Below, in pieces: positions 19,253-27,108 of a DNA stretch of 34,705 bases (its first letter is position 1; each line of letters begins with the position of its first letter). The notes beneath the pieces are model-generated. The model worked only from the letters and a program-made list of their open reading frames with translations, made no database searches and was not told the DNA's origin. Both the position numbers and the translations under genes were made by a program. Source of the stretch: Campylobacterota bacterium (GTDB lineage: Bacteria > Campylobacterota > Campylobacteria > Campylobacterales > Sulfurovaceae); assembly GCA_011330645.1 (NCBI GenBank), contig DRQB01000024.1:1-34705 (forward strand), read 5' to 3'.

Positions 19253-20846
19253 GCCTTCTATAACTCAACGCTTCAAGTACATCTTTTTTCTCTATCATTT
19301 CATGTTCGTTCAAATCAGCAACAGTACGTCCTATTTTTTTCACAGAAGCAATACTTCTATGTGAAAGCCCAAACTTCGTGATGGCACTTTCTAATATCTT
19401 CTGTGCTTCCTCACTTAAGTGACAATATTGTTCTATTTCATCTTCATTTAATTTACCATTAAGTCGTACTTGATGACGCTTCTTTTGCATAGAGAATGCT
19501 TTGATTACGGACTGATGCATTGCCTGAGAACTCACATCACTCTTATCCTCTGAGCTTACCTCTTGCATCACTACAAATAAATCAATGCGATCCAAAAAAG
19601 GGTCAGAAAGCTTATTGGCATAGCGTTTAATCTCTGTTTCAGAACAACGACATGATTTGCTTTTAGAAAGTAAATTTCCACAAGGACAAGGGTTTTGCGC
19701 TGCAATAAACATGATGTCAGCTTCATATTCTATTTTGGCATTCACCCGTGCAATATGTACTTTTTTATCTTGCAAAGGTTCTCTCATCGCCTCTAGGACT
19801 TGCTTTGAAAAATGAGGAATTTCATCAAAGAAAAGGATACCTTTTGAGGCAAGTGCCACCTCACCTATTTTTGCCTGACCACTCCCTCCCCCAAAAATAG
19901 AAGCAGAAGTTGCCGTATGATGGGGTGCCCTCATCGGACGTATAGCTTTAAAATTCGGTATTTGTCCATCTAAAAACTGATGTTTTGCTATGGAGAGTAG
20001 TTCTTCTTCTTGCATAGGGGGAAGTATATTTTTAATACGCTTGGCTATCATACTCTTACCACATCCTGGATTGCCCTCCATAAAGAGGTTATGCATACCA
20101 GCTGCAGCGATGAGTGCCGCACGCTTAGCTACCATCTGCCCTTTTACCTCTTTAAAATCACTCTCATAATTTTCTTCATAATAGTATGGTATTCCCTCCA
20201 AAGTAAAAGTTTTTGCATCATATTTAAATTTTTTCACATTTGCTTTAAAGTCACCTTTTCCTAAAAGAACGATGGCGTCATTCAATGTTTCAACTGCGAT
20301 AAAATCTACCCCGGAGATATGACTCAAGTAAGCAATGGACTCCTGAGGGACTATGGCTCTTTGAATCAGCCCTTGTTCCTTCAGTGAAAGGATGATAGGG
20401 AAAAGCATAGATGAACTTTTTACCCTCCCATCAAGCCCAAGTTCACCAAATACAAAAAGTCCCTCTTCATCAAAACTTTTTTTATTCAGTGCTACAAGTA
20501 ATGCTAAAGATAGGTCAAAATGTGTTCCATTTTTTTTAATATCGCTGGGGCTCAAATTAACCGTGATTTTCAGTGGAGGAAATACAAATTCATTCACTAG
20601 TAAAGCAGACTTTACTCTTTCCTTTGCCTCTTGTATATCTGAAGAGACTAGGCCAACTACTGCAAAACCAGGAAGACCCTTAGTAAAGGTTGCCTCAACC
20701 TCAATCACTTTTGCATTTACTCCTTCTAAAGTTGCACAAGTGAGTCTGTTGACGATGGCTTCTTTTTTTATTTTTTGTTTTACTCTTATTTTATTTTTAC
20801 AATTTACTTCTTTGGGTGGTGTACCACTATCTATTTTTACATTCAT
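19245..20846 (-). CDS. comM: ComM/YifB Mg-chelatase-like AAA+ ATPase (start uncertain)
   Basis: KGLPGFAVVGL, KITVNLSPSD, GELGLDG, GNPGCGKS, RAPHHTAT, LFFDEIPHF, AAQNPCPCG, LDRID. Confidence 0.9.
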   Translation of the reverse strand: MNVKIDSGTPPKEVNCKNKIRVKQKIKKEAIVNRLTCATLEGVNAKVIEVEATFTKGLPGFAVVGLVSSDIQEAKERVKSALLVNEFVFPPLKITVNLSPSDIKKNGTHFDLSLALLVALNKKSFDEEGLFVFGELGLDGRVKSSSMLFPIILSLKEQGLIQRAIVPQESIAYLSHISGVDFIAVETLNDAIVLLGKGDFKANVKKFKYDAKTFTLEGIPYYYEENYESDFKEVKGQMVAKRAALIAAAGMHNLFMEGNPGCGKSMIAKRIKNILPPMQEEELLSIAKHQFLDGQIPNFKAIRPMRAPHHTATSASIFGGGSGQAKIGEVALASKGILFFDEIPHFSKQVLEAMREPLQDKKVHIARVNAKIEYEADIMFIAAQNPCPCGNLLSKSKSCRCSETEIKRYANKLSDPFLDRIDLFVVMQEVSSEDKSDVSSQAMHQSVIKAFSMQKKRHQVRLNGKLNEDEIEQYCHLSEEAQKILESAITKFGLSHRSIASVKKIGRTVADLNEHEMIEKKDVLEALSYRRRK

Positions 20847-20933
20847 AACAACATCATGCCACAAATATAAAAAACAAGTGAAAAATATGTCAAATTGTCA
20901 TATAATTGAAAATAGACTAGGAAAAGGACACTT

Positions 20934-22286
20934 ATGAACTATATAGATTTAGCGATGAAACGTGCAAAAGAAAGTAACTGTGAAAGTGATGTGAACTTCT
21001 TTCAAGCACTTAAAGAGGTACTCGTATCTATACAACCTTTAATGGATAAACATCCAGAATATCAAACACATAATATCATCGAACGTATGATTGCACCCAA
21101 TAGATCTATATATTTTAAAATAGAATGGCTAGATGACCATAATAACATACATGTAAACAATGGTTATAGAATCCAATTTAATAATGCGCTGGGTCCCTAT
21201 AAGGGAGGTGTACGATTTCACCCCTCTGTCAACCCTGACATCTTAAAATTTCTTGCTTTTGAACAGATATTTAAAAATGCCATTACAGGACTTCACATAG
21301 GCGGTGCAAAAGGTGGTGCAGATTTTGATCCCAAAGGCAAAAGCGATAAAGAAATCATGAAATTCTGTCAAGCTTTTATGACAGCATTTTATAACAGTAT
21401 TGGATCGGATATTGATATATTGGGTGGTGATATCGGTGTAGGTGCAAGAGAGGTAGGCTATCTCTTTGGTCAATACAAACAACTGACCAACACCTATGAC
21501 AGTATCATTACTTCCAAACCACTGGCATTAGGTGGTAGTTTAGGTCGTACACAGGCGACAGGCTATGGTCTCATCTATTTCACACAAAAACTTCTTGAAG
21601 ATTTAGACCAAACCCTAAAAGGTAAGATATGTACCATCTCTGGTTCAGGTAATGTTGCCATTCATGCCATAGAAAAACTTTATGACATTGGTGCTGTACC
21701 TGTGACATGTTCTGATTCAAGGGGAGCAATTTATGATCGTAATGGTATTGATCTTGAACTTCTCAAAAAAATAAAACTAGAAAGACGTGCTTCCTTAGAA
21801 TACTATGCTAATGAAAAAAAGAACGCTATTTATGTAAAAAAAGAAAAATATATAGGAGGAAGTTCATATGTTTGGGACATACCTTGTTATGCTGCTTTTC
21901 CTTGTGCCACACAAAATGAACTTGGTGCTACCTGTGCACAAAAGCTCATAGACAATGATGTCAAAATTATTGCAGAAGGGGCAAACATGCCTACTTCTTC
22001 TGAAGCCTTAGAAATCTTTCAAAAACATAATATCATTTTTGCACCAGCAAAAGCAGCCAATGCAGGGGGTGTTGCTGTCTCTGTTTTAGAGATGAGTCAA
22101 AACTCTTCACTTAATTATCTTTCTTTTGGAGAGGTAGATGAGAGACTTAAAAAGATTATGTCAAATATCTATCTTCATATCAAAGAAGTATGTGATGAAT
22201 ATGATTTAGATATGGATCTTGTATCTGGTGCCAATATATTAGGCTTCAAACGTGTAGCAGATGCAATGATAATGCACGGAGTATAA
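20934..22286 (+). CDS. gdhA: Glutamate dehydrogenase (NADP-specific GdhA type)
   Basis: GYRIQFNNALGPYKGGVRFHP, FEQIFKN, GGAKGG, GSGNVA, PCATQNE, EGANMP, KAANAGGVAVS; TATAAT at 20901 and AAAGGA RBS. Confidence 0.93.
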   Translation: MNYIDLAMKRAKESNCESDVNFFQALKEVLVSIQPLMDKHPEYQTHNIIERMIAPNRSIYFKIEWLDDHNNIHVNNGYRIQFNNALGPYKGGVRFHPSVNPDILKFLAFEQIFKNAITGLHIGGAKGGADFDPKGKSDKEIMKFCQAFMTAFYNSIGSDIDILGGDIGVGAREVGYLFGQYKQLTNTYDSIITSKPLALGGSLGRTQATGYGLIYFTQKLLEDLDQTLKGKICTISGSGNVAIHAIEKLYDIGAVPVTCSDSRGAIYDRNGIDLELLKKIKLERRASLEYYANEKKNAIYVKKEKYIGGSSYVWDIPCYAAFPCATQNELGATCAQKLIDNDVKIIAEGANMPTSSEALEIFQKHNIIFAPAKAANAGGVAVSVLEMSQNSSLNYLSFGEVDERLKKIMSNIYLHIKEVCDEYDLDMDLVSGANILGFKRVADAMIMHGV

Positions 22287-22302
22287 CCTTATCATATGAG
22301 TG

Positions 22303-22827
22303 CTATGCCTCTTTCAAGCGTTTTGCCCACTCTTTTTCAAACTTTTTACGCTTCAGAAAGGAAAGTTTTTCTATAAACACTTTCCCATCTAAGTGATCCA
22401 TCTCATGTTGCATGGCTACAGCTAAAAAATCATCATCTTCAATTGTATGAGGATTACCTTCTCTATCATAATATTGTACTTTCACATGCTTGGCACGCTC
22501 AACATCTTCATAATACCCTGGTACAGAAAGACACCCTTCTTGGAATTTTTCTCTACCATCTGCTTCTAGTATCACAGGATTGATCATCTCTAAGGTATTT
22601 TCCTTAGGCTGATCACCTTCGCCTTCTGCATTTTCTTGCGGAATATTGATAATCAATGCTCTAATATCTACTCCCACTTGAATGGCTGCCAGTCCCACAC
22701 CGTTTTTTGCACGCATAGTATCATACATGTCGTCCAGTAAGGTATGTAGCTCTGCATCAAAAGAGACAACTTCTTTTGATACAAGTTTGAGTCTTTTATC
22801 CGGATATACAACAATTTCTCTAACCAT
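22303..22827 (-). CDS. def: Peptide deformylase
   Basis: GVGLAAIQ, EGCLSVP, QHEMDHL. Confidence 0.97.
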   Translation of the reverse strand: MVREIVVYPDKRLKLVSKEVVSFDAELHTLLDDMYDTMRAKNGVGLAAIQVGVDIRALIINIPQENAEGEGDQPKENTLEMINPVILEADGREKFQEGCLSVPGYYEDVERAKHVKVQYYDREGNPHTIEDDDFLAVAMQHEMDHLDGKVFIEKLSFLKRKKFEKEWAKRLKEA

Positions 22828-22835
22828 TTTTTAAC

Positions 22836-23423
22836 CTATGCAAAACTTTTTTCTAACACTTTATCGATGAGCCCATACTCAACCGCTTCTTTTGAAGACA
22901 TAAAGTTATCACGCTCTGTATCTTTTTCGATTTGCTTAGGTTTTTTACCTGTTTTTTCTGCAAGTATTTGATTAAGTGTATCCTTCAAACGCTGTATCTC
23001 CTGCGCTTGTATCTGGATATCTGTTGACTGTCCTTGTGCACCACCTGAAGGCTGGTGAATCATAATACGCGCATGAGGAAGTGCATAACGTTTACCCGGT
23101 GTACCACAGGCAAGTAAAAATGCACCCATAGAAGCTGCTTGCCCCATACAGATAGTAACGATGTCTGGTTTAATATAATTCATTGTATCAAACATACTAA
23201 GTCCCGATGTAATCACACCCCCTGGAGAGTTAATGTAAAAATAGATATCTTTATCTGGGTCTTGTGCTTCAAGAAAAAGAAGCTGTGCAACAATCGTAGA
23301 TGCTACTTGGTCATTCACCTCACCACTCAACATGATAATACGATCTTTTAATAAACGTGAATAAATATCGTAAGATCTCTCGCCTCTACCGGTCTGCTCT
23401 ACAACGTATGGGATATAACTCAT
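22836..23423 (-). CDS. clpP: Clp protease proteolytic subunit
   Basis: [33 protein letters not shown]. Confidence 0.97.
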   Translation of the reverse strand: MSYIPYVVEQTGRGERSYDIYSRLLKDRIIMLSGEVNDQVASTIVAQLLFLEAQDPDKDIYFYINSPGGVITSGLSMFDTMNYIKPDIVTICMGQAASMGAFLLACGTPGKRYALPHARIMIHQPSGGAQGQSTDIQIQAQEIQRLKDTLNQILAEKTGKKPKQIEKDTERDNFMSSKEAVEYGLIDKVLEKSFA

Positions 23424-23521
23424 AATCTGCCTTTGTTAATATATATGTAAATGGATTATTTGACCAAAGGAAATACCTTTAGGTGAAATCAACTCAAATA
23501 TACATTAAAATGGTTAATAGA

Positions 23522-23548
23522 TAGGGTGCATGAACAAATGCACCCTAC
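23522..23548 (-). repeat. GTAG-type REP-like palindrome just downstream of tig
   Basis: Minus strand GTAGGGTGCAT-TTGTTC-ATGCACCCTA: 10-bp perfect stem with 5' GTAG, 3 nt after the tig stop. Confidence 0.65.
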
Positions 23549-23551
23549 ATT

Positions 23552-24841
23552 TTATTTGTCTAAACCTAACATTTTACCAAAGAGTTTATCTTCAATCATT
23601 CCCATTTTTACAGCAGGAAGGAGATTGTTCTCTTCGTAGTACTTAATGACTTGTTGTGGGTCTTGACCAGACATCATTGCCTCGTAGTAAATCGCTTGAG
23701 ATACCTCTTGATCGTCTACTGTGATATTTTCTTCTTTTGCCAATGCATCCACAATAAATGTTGCTTTTACTGAAGCTGTTGCATCTTCTCTTACTGAGTC
23801 ACGTAGTTCATTGATTTTCTTTTCGTTGTCTTTGTATTCAGCAAGTTCATCTTCACTCATTTCTTGGGCTTTCGCATTGATTTTAGCATCAATCTCCTGC
23901 TCAACGATGTTATTAGGAAGTGCAAAATCAAACTTCTTCACCAATGCTTCAACAAGTTTAGGTTTAATCTCTTCGTTGTACACTTTAGAAAGTGCCGCTG
24001 TTTCTACCTGTGCTTCTACTTTTTCAGTAAGCTCTTTAAGTGTTGCTTTTTCATCATTAAGTAGTTTTTGTGCCAAAGCATCATCTATCTCAGCTGCTTT
24101 TTGCTCTTGGATTTCATGGAGTTTTACTTTAAATGTTGCTTCTTTTCCTGCAAGTTCAGCTGCCTGATACTCTTTTGGAAAGTTCACCACTACATCTTTT
24201 TCTTCTTCATACTTCATACCAATAATTTGTTCTTCAAATCCAGGGATGAACTGACCAGAACCGATTTTAAGATTGAATTTCTCAGCTTTACCACCATCAA
24301 ATGCAACACCATCTACAAAACCTTCAAAATCAATCACAGTCATATCGCCATCTTTAACAGCTCTTTTTCTAGCAATTTTCTCAAATGGTGCTTGTTCTTC
24401 TGCCATCTCTTTAAGTTTAGCATCTACATCTTTTTTTGCTGCTTTTGGCTTTTTAAACGAAGGTACAGCATCCATGTAACCTTTTGTGTCTATATTAGGT
24501 CTTGTAGAGATTTCTACTTCAACTTCAATACCCTTGTCTGTTTTTTCATATTTTTTAAATCCTGGTTGCCCAAGCATATCCGCTGCAGATATCTTAGCTT
24601 CTGCAAGACCTGCATCGATAAGCTCTCTAAGCGCTTCTCCTTCTGCATCCTGTGCAAGTTTTTCACCATGCATTTGTTTAACCACTGCAACAGGTACCTT
24701 TCCTGCTCTAAAACCATCTACTTTTATCTCTTTAGCTGCTTGTTTTGCCAATTTTTCAATATTCGCATCAATTGCGTCGCTATCTAGTACACCACTCACG
24801 ATGATATTTGCATCATCTACTTTCTTTACTGTAACTTTCAC
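23552..24841 (-). CDS. tig: Trigger factor
   Basis: GFRAGKVP ribosome-binding motif, FKBP domain (IDFEG, GSGQFIPGFEEQIIG); GTG start behind AAAGGA. Confidence 0.97.
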   Translation of the reverse strand: MKVTVKKVDDANIIVSGVLDSDAIDANIEKLAKQAAKEIKVDGFRAGKVPVAVVKQMHGEKLAQDAEGEALRELIDAGLAEAKISAADMLGQPGFKKYEKTDKGIEVEVEISTRPNIDTKGYMDAVPSFKKPKAAKKDVDAKLKEMAEEQAPFEKIARKRAVKDGDMTVIDFEGFVDGVAFDGGKAEKFNLKIGSGQFIPGFEEQIIGMKYEEEKDVVVNFPKEYQAAELAGKEATFKVKLHEIQEQKAAEIDDALAQKLLNDEKATLKELTEKVEAQVETAALSKVYNEEIKPKLVEALVKKFDFALPNNIVEQEIDAKINAKAQEMSEDELAEYKDNEKKINELRDSVREDATASVKATFIVDALAKEENITVDDQEVSQAIYYEAMMSGQDPQQVIKYYEENNLLPAVKMGMIEDKLFGKMLGLDK

Positions 24842-24952
24842 TACAATCCTTTGTATATGTTTATAATCTCGTGATTTTAGCGAAATTTTGATAAAAAGGG
24901 TATTTTATAGTAGTATAAAGATATCTTTCATCTTAAAGGAGTGATAAAAACT

Positions 24953-26269
24953 ATGTCATTTTTAGATAATTTTTTAACTTCTGGGCACTATTTTGATGAA
25001 AAAGAAAATTTAGCTAAATTTCGCTTCTCTTTACTTAATTCACTTTTACTTATTGCCACATTTTTCACCGTTATAAACTGTGTAGCATCTATTTTTAACT
25101 TTATCACATTTACAAACTTATATGAAAAACTTTTATTTGTTTATGTTCTTATTAATATTTTTTCCATTTATCTTTTAAGAAAAGATAAAAATATGTATTT
25201 CCTTACTGTCAATATTATTCTTATCAGTTCTCTTTTTATTTTTTATGCTGCACTGATTACTGCTCCTACCGATGAATTTAGACTGATTTGGTTTTTTCTT
25301 GTATTATTTACAAGTTTTTTACTTCTAGGGAAAAAATATAGTTTGTTGCTCATGCTCTTTATGCTTTCAAGTATTTTTGCTACCAACTTTTTTATAATGG
25401 ATCTGGGGTATTCACGATTGGCACTTTTTACATTTTTTAATTCTTTTATTATTTTCACCGCCTTTGCCTATTTCTTTTTAGACAAAATAGAGAAAGATGC
25501 TCTAGAATTCCATAAACTCAATACGAGACTCAAAGACAAAGTTTCTATGGAAGTTCAACAACGCCAGGTACAGGAAAAAATGCTTTTACAACAATCTCGC
25601 CTCGCAGGTATGGGAGAGATGATGGATTCCATCGCCCACCAGTGGCGACAACCTCTTATGAACATCAATGCCATCTTGATGAATATGGAAAGAGGTATAG
25701 AAACAAAAGCACATCCAAAAGCCTATCTTGAAAAAAAAATGGATGAAGTGATTACTCTCACCACACATATGTCCCAAACCATTGAAGATTTTAGATCACT
25801 TCTCAAAACTGAAAAACAAAAAACACATTTTTTCATTGACAAATCTATTGACAGTGTACTCGAACTTTATGAAGCTTCTCTAAAAAATATTGAAGTCCAT
25901 GTAATCCCTACAAAAGGTAAAACTTTTTATGGGTACAACAATGAGTTTATCCAAGTCATTATGATATTACTACATAATGCTATTGATATTTTGCATGTAC
26001 GTAATATTAAAGAAAAACGTATTTTTATCACGGTTTCTGTAGATGACAATCATCTTTCTTTGTATATTGAGGATAATGCAAAAGGTATAAGTAAAAAAGT
26101 CATACATAAAATTTTTGACCCCTACTTTACCACCAAGCAAGTTACAGGAGGTACAGGACTGGGACTTTATATTGCTAAAATTATTATAGAACAAAACATG
26201 CAAGGAACCCTCACTGTAACCAATACGAACAAAGGTGCCAAATTTCATATATCTCTGCCAAATGGATAG
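24953..26269 (+). CDS. Sensor histidine kinase with multi-TM N-terminus
   Basis: About 6 hydrophobic segments; H-box GEMMDSIAHQWRQPL; N-box HNAID; EDNAKGI, IFDPYFTTK, GTGLGL. Start at ATG 24953 (GTG 24941 alternative). Confidence 0.93.
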   Translation: MSFLDNFLTSGHYFDEKENLAKFRFSLLNSLLLIATFFTVINCVASIFNFITFTNLYEKLLFVYVLINIFSIYLLRKDKNMYFLTVNIILISSLFIFYAALITAPTDEFRLIWFFLVLFTSFLLLGKKYSLLLMLFMLSSIFATNFFIMDLGYSRLALFTFFNSFIIFTAFAYFFLDKIEKDALEFHKLNTRLKDKVSMEVQQRQVQEKMLLQQSRLAGMGEMMDSIAHQWRQPLMNINAILMNMERGIETKAHPKAYLEKKMDEVITLTTHMSQTIEDFRSLLKTEKQKTHFFIDKSIDSVLELYEASLKNIEVHVIPTKGKTFYGYNNEFIQVIMILLHNAIDILHVRNIKEKRIFITVSVDDNHLSLYIEDNAKGISKKVIHKIFDPYFTTKQVTGGTGLGLYIAKIIIEQNMQGTLTVTNTNKGAKFHISLPNG

Positions 26270-26270
26270 T

Positions 26271-26301
26271 TTTACGATTCATTACACTTTTATGGCATAC
26301 T
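26271..26301 (+). promoter_or_regulatory. 31-bp operator/promoter motif, copy A (upstream of response regulator)
   Basis: TTTACGATTCATTACACTTTTATGGCATACT: TYAC repeat at 10-bp period plus TGnCATACT -10. Confidence 0.75.
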
Positions 26302-26336
26302 AACCTATAGGGTATATTCATTGAGAAAGGAAAACT

Positions 26337-27020
26337 ATGCTAAATATTCTCAAAAATCATACTATTTTGTATGTGGAAGATGAGCCTCAAATTCAAGCAA
26401 ATATTACCGAATATTTAGAAAGTTATTTTGCTACCGTCTATGTTGCATCTGATGGGAAAGAAGGATTATCTCTTTATGAAGAGCACCATCCAGATGTACT
26501 TATTTTAGATATCAATTTACCTTACTTCTCTGGACTAGAGATAGCCAAAAAAGTACGTCAAAAAGACCAAGCAGTAAAAATAGTCATGCTCACTGCACAC
26601 ACAGAACAAGAAAAACTTCTTGCTGCCACAGAACTTAAACTGACCAAATACCTCATCAAACCCCTCGCACCTAAACTTTTTAAAGAGACGATGCATCTGT
26701 TGGTGCAAGAACTACGAAAAAACCCTTCTGTATTCGTCAATCTCTCTGCGACCTGTGTATGGAACAAAAAACAAGAAGTACTCCGTATCAATGACATACG
26801 TGTTTTACTCACAGAAAAAGAACAACGCCTACTTAAACTTCTTATTGAACATAAAAATACTACTGTTTCGTGTGAAGATATCATGGTGACGGTATGGGAA
26901 GATGCCCTTGAAAAAGAGATCTCACACAACTCTGTCAAAAACCAAATCTCACATCTACGAAAAAAACTTCCTGATGTCTCCATAGATGCAGTGTATGGAG
27001 AAGGCTATAGACTCCAATAA
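26337..27020 (+). CDS. OmpR/PhoB-family response regulator
   Basis: ILYVEDE, DVLILDINLP, MLTAH, YLIKP receiver; LTEKEQRLL...ISHLRKKL...VYGEGY winged helix. Confidence 0.95.
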   Translation: MLNILKNHTILYVEDEPQIQANITEYLESYFATVYVASDGKEGLSLYEEHHPDVLILDINLPYFSGLEIAKKVRQKDQAVKIVMLTAHTEQEKLLAATELKLTKYLIKPLAPKLFKETMHLLVQELRKNPSVFVNLSATCVWNKKQEVLRINDIRVLLTEKEQRLLKLLIEHKNTTVSCEDIMVTVWEDALEKEISHNSVKNQISHLRKKLPDVSIDAVYGEGYRLQ

Positions 27021-27047
27021 CTCTTATTTCTAGAAAAAAATTTATTT

Positions 27048-27078
27048 TTCACAATTCGTTACGCTTTTTTGTCATACT
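27048..27078 (+). promoter_or_regulatory. 31-bp operator/promoter motif, copy B (upstream of lipoprotein)
   Basis: TTCACAATTCGTTACGCTTTTTTGTCATACT, 25/31 identical to copy A. Confidence 0.75.
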
Positions 27079-27108
27079 GTCTATATATTGAAAAATAAAG
27101 GATGAAAA

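Noticed and set aside
3105-20846. T2SS-like genes plus comM as one natural-competence locus
   Set aside because: comM is 5 kb from gspF and belongs with tig-clpP-def; no comEC, comEA or dprA is in the window; GspC-PDZ and GspK favour protein secretion.
20888-20900. TGTCA-N3-TGTCA upstream of gdhA as a Pho box
   Set aside because: The period is 8 bp rather than 11, and the motif is too short to be significant.
25731-25739. A9 tract in the kinase as a phase-variation site
   Set aside because: Such A-runs are expected in AT-rich Lys/Glu codons; contingency tracts in this phylum are typically poly-G/C, and the frame is intact.
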